A model generated the notes under the pieces. That model was not told the DNA's origin and did no database searches. It was given only the letters and a program-made list of their open reading frames with translations. DNA of 32,865 nucleotides, taken from positions 1 to 32,865 of IMG/VR virus record IMGVR_UViG_3300027859_000052; one strand, written 5' to 3'. Shown in pieces: positions 1 through 9,100 of the stretch. This DNA is from a virus. Its lineage: Duplodnaviria; Caudoviricetes. Position 1 is the stretch's first letter; each line of letters starts with the position of its first letter. Both the position numbers and the translations under genes were made by a program.

Positions 1-1
1 T

Positions 2-304
2 AAGGAAGTGGGATCACCACCAGGCGGAATGGTCGGTGGTGTCTTTGACGGTCCTGATACAGGTTATCTTGCAGTATTACATGGTAAAGAAATAATCATA
101 CCAGAAGAAAATCCACACACTCGATCCAAGGGTGGTGGGCAGAGAATGAAAACAAATACCATAATGATGGTTGAAGGTAATAACAGTCAACCACAACAAA
201 TTATGCAGACTCCAAAAACACAGGTGGTGCCTATATTTGTACCAGCAGATTCTTTTGATGTTGCAACTAAATACAGTGAACTGATTGCGAAGGTAACAGT
301 ATGA
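2..304 (+). CDS. 3' end of a virion structural protein (tape-measure/baseplate-hub-like), truncated by the window edge
   Basis: The frame is open from base 2 (AAG GAA GTG), so the GTG at 8 is probably internal. The GGVFDGPDTGYLAVLHGKEIIIP motif is typical of T4-like tape-measure/hub C-termini. The stop overlaps the next ATG (ATGA). Confidence 0.55.
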   Translation, partial: KEVGSPPGGMVGGVFDGPDTGYLAVLHGKEIIIPEENPHTRSKGGGQRMKTNTIMMVEGNNSQPQQIMQTPKTQVVPIFVPADSFDVATKYSELIAKVTV

Positions 305-1521
305 AGAAACAAACAATTGGTTCTAAGATTTTAGCATTTAACATATCATCTCCTGATGGTGGAACTCCTCTTGATTTTTCACTGCAGACGAATGGTATCA
401 AATATTATGAGGATGTCACTGACACATCAGTGCATCTAAGTATCGGTATCTTAGATGTTAGGGGTAGATATAATAAGTTACCTGTGAGAAGTGGTAATAA
501 AATGATGATTGAAATTGAATCAAACGGAAGAGTCCTGAAACAGGAGATGAAGATTAGTAATATTTCTAGTTACGTTACCTCAGCTAAACGTGAAATGTAT
601 GAGATAACATGCGAAAAACAATCTGCCTTTGATAATCATACATCCAGAATAAGAAAGAAGTACACGGGAAATATATCAGATAATATAGAAAATATAGTAA
701 AGGACATGGGTGGTGAAATGGTGAGGACTGACCCCTCATCTAACACATATTCTTTTGTTGGTGGATATCGTAGACCATTATTTGCATGTACATGGTTGGC
801 AAAAAAATGTGTGCATGGGGACATGAGTGATACAAAAGGATCTGCTGGTTTCTTATTTTTCCAATCCCAAGATGGATTCTATCTTATAGACATAGATAAA
901 TCTTTTGAAGATGCAAATAAAGATAATGTTCCTAATTATGAGTATAAGATAGGTAAGAGCACTCTAGATCCTGATAATTATTTCACACTGTCAGCTCAAC
1001 CCATATTGGAAACAAATCATAATGTTTTACAGCAATTAACTGTAGGTCATTATAAGACTGCTAACTGGTATTATGACATAATAAGAAGAGAAATAAAATA
1101 TAAAGAGTACAGTTACAGAGACAGTGATGGTAACTTAAAAAAATCTGCTGATGAAAGGGTGATACCAAAAGGTATTGATGAAAATTATTCACGTATCTTA
1201 TTACAAACTGTAGATAATGGTGCTCTATCATCTGATGGTGAGGTCAAATCGAAGAGTGAAGAGTCATACTTTAGACAAGCACAAGCAACAACAAGATATA
1301 GCTCACTATTTTCACAGGTTACAAAGATTATAGTACCAGTAAATCTCAACCTAAAAGCAGGTATGGTAATATACCTCAAATTACCTGAAATAAATAATAC
1401 CAGAACTGATGGTCCTCAATCAGGTCTTTATCTTATTTCTAAATTATGTCATCAGTTTGGTGGCGATAAAGACTATACTGGTTTAGAATTAGTCAGAGAT
1501 TCCTATCAGGAGCTATCATGA
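301..1521 (+). CDS. Baseplate hub protein, T4 gp27-like
   Basis: 406 aa ORF upstream of gp5. It has GFLFFQSQDGFYLIDID and C-terminal LKAGMVIYLKLP...SGLYLISKLCHQF...TGLELVRDS motifs typical of gp27/GpD-like hub proteins. Confidence 0.7.
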   Translation: MKKQTIGSKILAFNISSPDGGTPLDFSLQTNGIKYYEDVTDTSVHLSIGILDVRGRYNKLPVRSGNKMMIEIESNGRVLKQEMKISNISSYVTSAKREMYEITCEKQSAFDNHTSRIRKKYTGNISDNIENIVKDMGGEMVRTDPSSNTYSFVGGYRRPLFACTWLAKKCVHGDMSDTKGSAGFLFFQSQDGFYLIDIDKSFEDANKDNVPNYEYKIGKSTLDPDNYFTLSAQPILETNHNVLQQLTVGHYKTANWYYDIIRREIKYKEYSYRDSDGNLKKSADERVIPKGIDENYSRILLQTVDNGALSSDGEVKSKSEESYFRQAQATTRYSSLFSQVTKIIVPVNLNLKAGMVIYLKLPEINNTRTDGPQSGLYLISKLCHQFGGDKDYTGLELVRDSYQELS

Positions 1522-1745
1522 AATCAATCGAAGACCACATCAAGAAGGATAAAGAAATCCTAGAAAATCCAGAAACAAACGCTGCAGCACGTAGGCATGC
1601 AGAGGAAGAACTGCATGATTTGGAAGAGTATGCAGAACATCACAAAGATGAGATAAAGGCAGGTGATCATCATGATCCTAACGTCTTAGAAGTATTTTGT
1701 GACTTACATCCCGACGAACCAGAGTGTCTTGTATATGACGACTAA
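1518..1745 (+). CDS. cp12: CP12 Calvin-cycle inhibitor (auxiliary metabolic gene)
   Basis: 75 aa acidic protein ending LEVFCDLHPDEPECLVYDD, the CP12 C-terminal Cys-pair signature. Confidence 0.93.
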   Translation: MKSIEDHIKKDKEILENPETNAAARRHAEEELHDLEEYAEHHKDEIKAGDHHDPNVLEVFCDLHPDEPECLVYDD

Positions 1746-3865
1746 TGCTTGAACAAAGACTATCAAAAATTGATTTTGCTGGAAGAGACGGATTTCAGTG
1801 GTTTATCGGACAGGTAACCACTGATGAAAATTGGCGAGAGAAATCAGTAGAGAATGGATACAGGGCAAAAGTAAGAATTATAGGACATCATCCTCCTGAT
1901 AAGGAGATTGCAGATAATGAATTACCTTGGGCACAATTTCTGATGCCTCCCAACTTAGGGTCGGGTAATAATTATGGTGGTCAGTCTTTTTCACTGCAGG
2001 GAGGAGAAATTGTCATGGGTTTCTTCTTAGATGGTGAAGAAGCACAACAACCTGTAATATTTGGATCTTTACCACAAGGTCATTTTGTGGGTGAACCTGT
2101 ATCTTATGAAAAAACATTGAGTGATGAAACATCACTATTTGAACCAATATCATTCAAAAAAGCACTAGAAATGGGTGCTCACATCAAGCTTACAGGTGAT
2201 AAGCAACCTAATAAAAAAGGTGGTTTCTCAGATTCTAATAATGAAATCCGTGATGCATCTGGATTGTTTCAAGAGACACATATAGAGAAAATTAATAATG
2301 AAAAGATAGTTGTAAAGCAAGCACAGAAGTGTACGAAACCTGCACAGGCGATGAGTGATGCTATCAAAGAAATGAAGGGTATAATATCATATGTTGAGAG
2401 ATTAGAACCAACTCCATTCGGATATGTAGATAAAGTATTCAATATTCCTGTTCCAACAGAGGAATTTGATAAACTATTAGGAAAGGTATCAAGTAAAATA
2501 GGTGGTGCTTTATCTGTAAATCTTAGGTTGGCAAAAGCGGAGATGATGGTAAAGATCAATGAGTCTGTAGATTCTGCATTGAAATTTACTGAACCTGATT
2601 ACTTATTAAAAAAACTAAAGATAGATGATAAGTTAGGAGAACTATCATGTTTGTTTGAGAATATTTTAGGTGGTCTTAGTAATATGATTAAGAATTTACT
2701 AAAACAAACTCTAGGTAAATTAGTCAGTCTACCACTTTGTGCTGCTGAAAATCTTTTAGGTGGTATATTATCTGATATAACAGATAAAATATCCTCTGCA
2801 ATAGGACCTGCTATAAACAGCATCACTGGTGTCTTGAATACTCTAGCAAACCCACTAGGTTCTTTATTGGGTGGTATGCCTGGTTTACCAGACTTTACTC
2901 AAACAATGAAAAAGGCGTTGGGTTTTGCTCAAGTAGGACTCAAGTTGTTCTCTTGTGAAGGTCAAGAGTGTGAACAAGATCCAACTGATTGGGATCTAAA
3001 CGTAGGACCTGATGGTCTTGTAAAACCTGATATGGGTAGAATTGGTAAAATAAGTGATTCTTTGAATATGATACCAAAAATAGAGGGTATAGGAGAAGCT
3101 ATATTTCCTGGTCTCAAGAATGTCAAGAATCCATTTACAGGTATATCATCTTCAATAGATGGACTTGGTACTACTGCACAACAAAGATTATTAGAGATTG
3201 ATATAAACAATGAAGATGGTGGACTCATAGATATAGTCGGTGGATGTTCAGGTGCTGACGGTCCTTTCGGTAAGAGATGTGGTCCTCCTAGTGTACAGTT
3301 CTTTGGTGGTGAAGGTATTGGAGGTGCTGGTAAAGCGGTTATTAATGAGATAGGTGAAATTATTGGTGTATCAATGAGTGACATGGGATTTGGTTATACA
3401 TCCCCACCTCTTGTCACATTTATAGATGAGTGTGAGAATGGTAGTGGTGCTAGAGGTAAAGCAATACTTGAAGATGGTAAGATAATCAAGGTTGTGATGC
3501 AAGAATCAGGTAGCGGTTACTTAGGTGGTGGTGTATCTGACGGTGATGGTGAACAGGTAATCGCTGTTATTGATGGTATTGATGTAGTTGGAACAGGTGT
3601 AGGATATGAGCAAGGTGATACCATAACTACAGGTGATGGACAAGTTCTAGAACCTATAATTCAGGACGGGCGTATTGTCGGTGCAAACCCACTTGATGTG
3701 AAAGATGGTATTAATGGACTCCCTGATCTTACGATAAATACAAAGACTGGTTTCGGTGCAAATATTAGACCATCACTGAATTTTGTGAAGGTTGAAAATT
3801 ACGAGAAACCAATATTACCTTCTACTAAGGTAATTCAAGTCATTGATTGTGTCTCCTCTTACTAA
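1745..3865 (+). CDS. gp5: Baseplate hub subunit gp5-like (N-terminal OB fold, no recognisable lysozyme domain)
   Basis: FQWFIGQV...RAKVRIIGHH...LPWA...GEIVMGFFLDGEEAQQPVIFGSL is the gp5 OB-domain signature. A helical middle region and Gly-rich G.GYT..P repeats follow. Confidence 0.85.
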   Translation: MLEQRLSKIDFAGRDGFQWFIGQVTTDENWREKSVENGYRAKVRIIGHHPPDKEIADNELPWAQFLMPPNLGSGNNYGGQSFSLQGGEIVMGFFLDGEEAQQPVIFGSLPQGHFVGEPVSYEKTLSDETSLFEPISFKKALEMGAHIKLTGDKQPNKKGGFSDSNNEIRDASGLFQETHIEKINNEKIVVKQAQKCTKPAQAMSDAIKEMKGIISYVERLEPTPFGYVDKVFNIPVPTEEFDKLLGKVSSKIGGALSVNLRLAKAEMMVKINESVDSALKFTEPDYLLKKLKIDDKLGELSCLFENILGGLSNMIKNLLKQTLGKLVSLPLCAAENLLGGILSDITDKISSAIGPAINSITGVLNTLANPLGSLLGGMPGLPDFTQTMKKALGFAQVGLKLFSCEGQECEQDPTDWDLNVGPDGLVKPDMGRIGKISDSLNMIPKIEGIGEAIFPGLKNVKNPFTGISSSIDGLGTTAQQRLLEIDINNEDGGLIDIVGGCSGADGPFGKRCGPPSVQFFGGEGIGGAGKAVINEIGEIIGVSMSDMGFGYTSPPLVTFIDECENGSGARGKAILEDGKIIKVVMQESGSGYLGGGVSDGDGEQVIAVIDGIDVVGTGVGYEQGDTITTGDGQVLEPIIQDGRIVGANPLDVKDGINGLPDLTINTKTGFGANIRPSLNFVKVENYEKPILPSTKVIQVIDCVSSY

Positions 3866-4425
3866 TGTCAAAAGTTTCAAGTTGCCCTCCAATTATAGTA
3901 ACCAATCCCGAAGATGGTTTTCTTCGTATTGGTATGGAGAAGGGTACTCAAAAGAGAAAGAGTCAAGCACAATTAGCATCTGGATCTGCTGCTAGTTTGC
4001 GTTTGTTCAAAGATGGTGGGTGGGAACTAAAGTCTCAAACCAATTCTACTGGAAGTAATATAATACAAAAAGGATCAGGACCTCTTGAAATAAAATCTGA
4101 GGGGGATATCAATATAGAATGCGATGGTAGATTTAGTGTAAAAGCAAAAGATATTGTCATGGAGACAACTGATGCTGATGTAGGTGATATAGTGTTAAAT
4201 CCAAAGCATGATTTTAGGGCAAATGTTCAGAATTATGCTATTATAATGGCAAAGGATGTTACTTTAGATGCTAAGAATAAATTATTTTGTTTCTCTGAGA
4301 ACATGGCGTACCTTGTTGGGAGTTATGTAAGAATACATGAACCAACATCACAATTGATACCACCTACATTCGCTAATCATATGGATACTCTTTCTAGCAC
4401 TGTAAAACAACTTGGGGCAAACTAA
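3865..4425 (+). CDS. gp5 C-terminal-like beta-helix spike protein
   Basis: The likely start is the ATG at 3865, coupled to the gp5 stop (TAATG). Repeats such as LEIKSEGDINIECDGRFSVKAKDIVME resemble the gp5/VgrG beta-helix. Confidence 0.6.
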   Translation: MSKVSSCPPIIVTNPEDGFLRIGMEKGTQKRKSQAQLASGSAASLRLFKDGGWELKSQTNSTGSNIIQKGSGPLEIKSEGDINIECDGRFSVKAKDIVMETTDADVGDIVLNPKHDFRANVQNYAIIMAKDVTLDAKNKLFCFSENMAYLVGSYVRIHEPTSQLIPPTFANHMDTLSSTVKQLGAN

Positions 4426-5243
4426 TGGCTGGAATACGTGACCTAGACTCAGGTAAAATTTACATAGGACCTGAAGAACCTGTAAAACTTGATAGATCTG
4501 TAGAAACAAAGAACGGAGATAAACCCTATGATGGCACACTTGCTGTCACAGGTCCTATATTTTTAGGTGCACATAGTGACATAGCATTTGGTGTTGTCAA
4601 TATGGGCACAGCACTGGGTGACTTCAAACCTGAGATGAAAGGTAGAGCACTTGATATTGAAGGTGATGTAAGTATTGTAGGTGATGGTGGAGGTTTTCAG
4701 AAAGAAAATGCTTTGGTTATTGATGGTGATTTATTTGTTACAGGTAAGATAGACGGAGATAATAAAGGTAGACTCGCTTCAAGATTTGGAACTGCTGATT
4801 CACTTGGTAAGTCTTTTGATATAAAACACCCCACTAAAGAAGGATACCGATTGAGATATGCATGTATTGAAGGACCTGAGGTAGCAATCTATCATAGAGG
4901 TAGACTGAAAGATTCTAATACAATTGAGTTACCAGATTACTGGAAGAATATGGTTTATGAAGATAGTATTACAGTGCAAATCACACCTATAGGAAAGCAA
5001 GAGGACATATATGTCGCATCATTTGACAGTGAGAAAATAGTGCTGGAATCTGATTCAGATATTGATTGCTTCTATATGATTGTAGGTGAGAGAAATGATA
5101 TAAACCCACTAATTGTAGAGTATGAGGGTGAGACTTGGGAAGATTATCCTGATCCAAACATCAGATTAGATCCATCTGACAAAGAGAGGAATATTAAGGA
5201 TCCTAACTACGATACTGGACAAAATACGAAAACCATAGTATAG
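4425..5243 (+). CDS. Virion structural/spike protein with a C-terminal chaperone-like domain
   Basis: Beta-repeat N-terminal half, then KSFDIKHPTKEGYRLRYACIEGPE...IELPDYW...VQITPIG, a motif seen at the C-termini of phage fibre/spike proteins. TAATG coupling to the upstream gene. Confidence 0.6.
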   Translation: MAGIRDLDSGKIYIGPEEPVKLDRSVETKNGDKPYDGTLAVTGPIFLGAHSDIAFGVVNMGTALGDFKPEMKGRALDIEGDVSIVGDGGGFQKENALVIDGDLFVTGKIDGDNKGRLASRFGTADSLGKSFDIKHPTKEGYRLRYACIEGPEVAIYHRGRLKDSNTIELPDYWKNMVYEDSITVQITPIGKQEDIYVASFDSEKIVLESDSDIDCFYMIVGERNDINPLIVEYEGETWEDYPDPNIRLDPSDKERNIKDPNYDTGQNTKTIV

Positions 5244-5258
5244 TAAAAGAAAAAAATC

Positions 5259-5546
5259 ATGGAAACTTGCGGAAAAGTGAAGATCGATGGTATCATTGAA
5301 CTACCAGATTACATGGTAGGTAAGATTGACCCTGAAAGTATTTGTGTACAGATTACTCCTATTGGCGTATATCAAGAGTTATTTGTTGACTCAATACCAT
5401 ATGGAGCAAAGGTTGTAATTAGAAATGGTGCAGGTGGTCCTATCAATGCATATTACCATATACATGCAAAAGCTCGACGATCTGCAAAAGTCTCTGACTT
5501 AGACGCTTTAGATGATCATGCAATATACCGCACGACTGATATTTGA
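5259..5546 (+). CDS. Small paralog of the C-terminal domain of 4425-5243
   Basis: IELPDYMVGKIDPESICVQITPIG aligns with IELPDYWKNMVYEDSITVQITPIG of the upstream ORF. Confidence 0.65.
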   Translation: METCGKVKIDGIIELPDYMVGKIDPESICVQITPIGVYQELFVDSIPYGAKVVIRNGAGGPINAYYHIHAKARRSAKVSDLDALDDHAIYRTTDI

Positions 5547-5570
5547 CTTTAGGGTGTGGTGTGCTATCAT
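5543..5570 (+). promoter_or_regulatory. Sigma70-type (early/middle) promoter
   Basis: TTGACT (5543-5548), 16 nt spacer, extended TGn, TATCAT (5565-5570), about 20 nt before the ATG at 5592. Confidence 0.6.
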
Positions 5571-5591
5571 AGGTGGAGTTACAATTTTTCA

Positions 5592-5792
5592 ATGACCGAT
5601 TTTCCTAAGTTTGATGACGAGTATGTAGATAGGTTAGAGGTATCAATTACTTCTAGAAATTTCAAAATATACGGATCTGATGGTGCTGTTAGAGATTTGA
5701 CATGTGATTCTGTTGATGAGTTCATGAGAATATTGGAGGTGTCTAAGATGGCAAAGGAGATAGATAGTGAAATCGAAATGGTATATGTCTAA
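5592..5792 (+). CDS. Hypothetical protein (66 aa)
   Basis: The ATG at 5592 follows the promoter. The ORF-track start at 5556 lies inside the promoter. Confidence 0.7.
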   Translation: MTDFPKFDDEYVDRLEVSITSRNFKIYGSDGAVRDLTCDSVDEFMRILEVSKMAKEIDSEIEMVYV

Positions 5793-6123
5793 AACTAGAT
5801 TCCCATTATCAGACATAAAATTTCATAATATTCCTGTTGTGGGGCAGTTTTACACCAAACAGGAAGTTAATATTCTGATAAAACAGGCAGTGGATGAAGC
5901 AAGACGTATTGATGAGGAGTCAATGCGTAAGCATAATAGAGATGCTACTGTCATTAGTATGATACTTGGTTTTACAACTTTAGCATTATTTGTTGATGGT
6001 CTTCTCAGACTATTAGGTATCACTCCTCCGTTTTTAGATATTGATATAAACATCATTGATAATATAGTAGAAAAGGTAGAAAGTGACTTGGTGCCTTTAG
6101 TTCAGAAGATACCACGAATATAA
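5785..6123 (+). CDS. Small membrane protein resembling a conserved picocyanobacterial hypothetical protein
   Basis: MRKHNRDATVISMILGFTTLALFVDGLLRLLGITPPFLDID contains one TM segment. The resemblance to host proteins is from memory. Confidence 0.6.
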   Translation: MSKTRFPLSDIKFHNIPVVGQFYTKQEVNILIKQAVDEARRIDEESMRKHNRDATVISMILGFTTLALFVDGLLRLLGITPPFLDIDINIIDNIVEKVESDLVPLVQKIPRI

Positions 6124-6128
6124 AGGGG

Positions 6129-6136
6129 TATAAATA
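6129..6136 (+). promoter_or_regulatory. T4-type late promoter
   Basis: Exact TATAAATA about 30 nt upstream of the ATG at 6166. Confidence 0.85.
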
Positions 6137-6165
6137 AGTTTACGGAATGGTGTCAGGAATAGGTA

Positions 6166-9100
6166 ATGCCTCTAAGTAGACTTGAGAATTTTCTAAAAAA
6201 TGTACAGGGAAACGTATTATACGTTAACCCAGAAGAACTCGATGCAACAGATGATGTAAGCAATAGGGGTAATTCAAGAACTCGTCCCTTCAAGACGATT
6301 CAAAGAGCACTGATTGAGTCAGCGAGATTTTCATATCAGCCAGGTCAAGATAACGATAGATTTGATAAGACAACTATACATGTATCCACAGGTGTACATT
6401 ATATTGATAATAGACCAGGATATAAGATTGACACAAGCGGAAATATAACAGATATAAGTGGTACATCTAAGAGTATATCAGAGTTTTCTATCGGAACAAA
6501 CTTTGATATTCAGGACACATCAAATGTTTTACATATATTCAACTCAGTAGAAGGTGGAGTTATATTACCAAGGGGTACATCTATTGTTGGTGCTGACCTC
6601 AGAAAGACTAAGATAAGACCAAAGTTTATACCACAACCTGATAATAATGGTATTGCCAATAGTGCAATCTTCAGGGTTACAGGTGGTTGCTTCTTCTTTG
6701 GATTTACATTCTTTGATGGAGATCCAGCAGACAGAGTATTCAGAGACTATACACAAAATACATACAATCCAAACTATTCACACCATAAACTTACTTGTTT
6801 TGAGTATGCAGATGGCGTAAACCAGCAGGGTACATCAGGTAACACTGACTTAGACATGTATTATGCTAAGTTGACCCGTGCTTATGGTACCAACTCTGGA
6901 CGTAGTTTACCAATATATCCAGCAACTAAAGATTTCCAAAAAATTGCTGAAGAGAGTAAGATTGTAGGACCCGTATCGCAAATAGGGGCTATTGAGATTG
7001 AAGATATATTCTCAGGATCCAATTCAACTGACACTAACGCTACACAGATTGTTACTGTTCTTACTAAGACAAATCATAATTTATCGAAAGGCACAGCAGT
7101 ATTAATAAGTGATGTCAACGCTAGTGGTAATAATGGTGATGAGTATGATGGCACTCATGTAGTAGCACAGGTCATAAACGATACCACCTTTACATATTCA
7201 TTATCAATTACACCTGCAACAACTGCACTACCAAACTTAACAGGTATCAATCCTACTGTTGTTCCTGAAAGTGACACTGTTGCTTCTGCTTCTCCTTACA
7301 TATTCAACTGTACTGTAAGATCAGTATTTGGTATGAATGGATTGCATGCTGACGGTAACAAAGCAACTGGATTCAAGTCTATGCTTGCTGCACAGTTCAC
7401 TGGTATTGGTTTACAGAAAGATGATAATGCATTCGTAAAGTATAATACTACATCAGGTGTCTATGAAGATCAATCAGAATTAGGATCTACAACCACTCTT
7501 CACGTTGATAGTTTAGCAAGATTCAAACCAGATTACGAAAACTTCCATATTAAGGGATCAAACAAAGCTGGTTTACAACTTGTATCAGTATTTGCCATTG
7601 GTTATGCAAAACATTTTGTAACTGAATCAGGTGCTGACTTCTCACTTACAAACTCTAATTCAAACTTTGGTGCATTAGCACTAGAGTCAAAAGGTTTCAG
7701 GGATGAAGCATTTACAAAAGATGATAAGGGATATATTACTTCTATCGTACCACCTCAGAAGAATGTAAAAAAATCAGAGAACTTCAATTGGTTATCAATA
7801 GCAACTGGTCTCACTACCACTACAGCAGGTGATACTAAATTATTCATCCAAGGATTTACTAGCAAGAGTAATCCACCCTCTGACAAAGCTACTACGTATC
7901 AGGTAGGTGCTAAAGAGGGTGAAGTACTAACATGTCTCATTAATAATGTAGCAGAAACAGCAAATGTACTAATGCCTACACCACAGATCCCTGATCTAGG
8001 TGCATCTGGTAAGAAAAAAGTGAGAGTTGGTCAAAACTCTGGTATTAATAGTATAACAAGTAATATATTAACCCTAGAAACATTTCATCAATTACTACCA
8101 GGTGAGTCAGTCAGAATTATATCTGAGAATGGTTCATTACCTGATGGTATAGAGCATAATCAAAAGTATTTTGCTGTAACAACTGGTATTGGCACACATC
8201 AATTAAAACTTGCAACCAGTAGGAATGCTGCTATAAACGCCAACGCAATCAGTGGTATCAATAACCTTGGCGGTAAACTCACTATAGTATCATCAGTCGA
8301 AGATAAGAAACCAGGTGATGAGGGACATCCAATACAATATGATATTACTGCTGGTGGATGGTATGTCAATGTAAACACTGGAAATAGTATATCAACATCT
8401 ATTGCTACTAATGCCTTATTATTAGCACCCGAAACACCGACTACAACAATCTCTAGAATAGCAGATTCTAGAATAGATTTAGAGAAAATTTATAGACTTA
8501 GATATTCTATACCAGAAGGATCAACCCTTGCTGCTGAACCTATCAATGGATTTGTAATACAAGATAGTGCATCTATAATCGATGATAGTAAGTTCCAAGA
8601 CAGTGATGCTTCACTTACATCTGACACAGATTTGAGGACAGATAATAGTATTGTAACAGCATCATGGTCAAGTAATGTTGGTATTATAACTACAACTCAA
8701 CCACACAATCTGCTTGTTGGTCAGCCCGTCGAAGTAAAGAGAATTAGAAGTGCTAATAATACAACAGGTGTTGAAGATAGTGGTTTCAACAGATCATTCA
8801 GCGTATCTGCAGTTGATAATCCTAAAACATTTAGAGTAGGACTCAACACAGATCCTGGTGCAATCACTAAGATTACAACAATACCTTACACACAGGTAGA
8901 TAGGACTATCGTTGGTTCGGGACGTACTTTCAGTCCATTCTTCTCAAGAAAAGATTTTGGACCTGATTATCAAATATTTGCACAAGAAAAAGTACAAAGG
9001 TTCCAAAAGTCTGCACAAGATGGTGTCTATGATATCACTGTATTAGGATACCTAGATTCTCCAAATGTATCACCATTTACAGATGACTCAATTAAGTATG

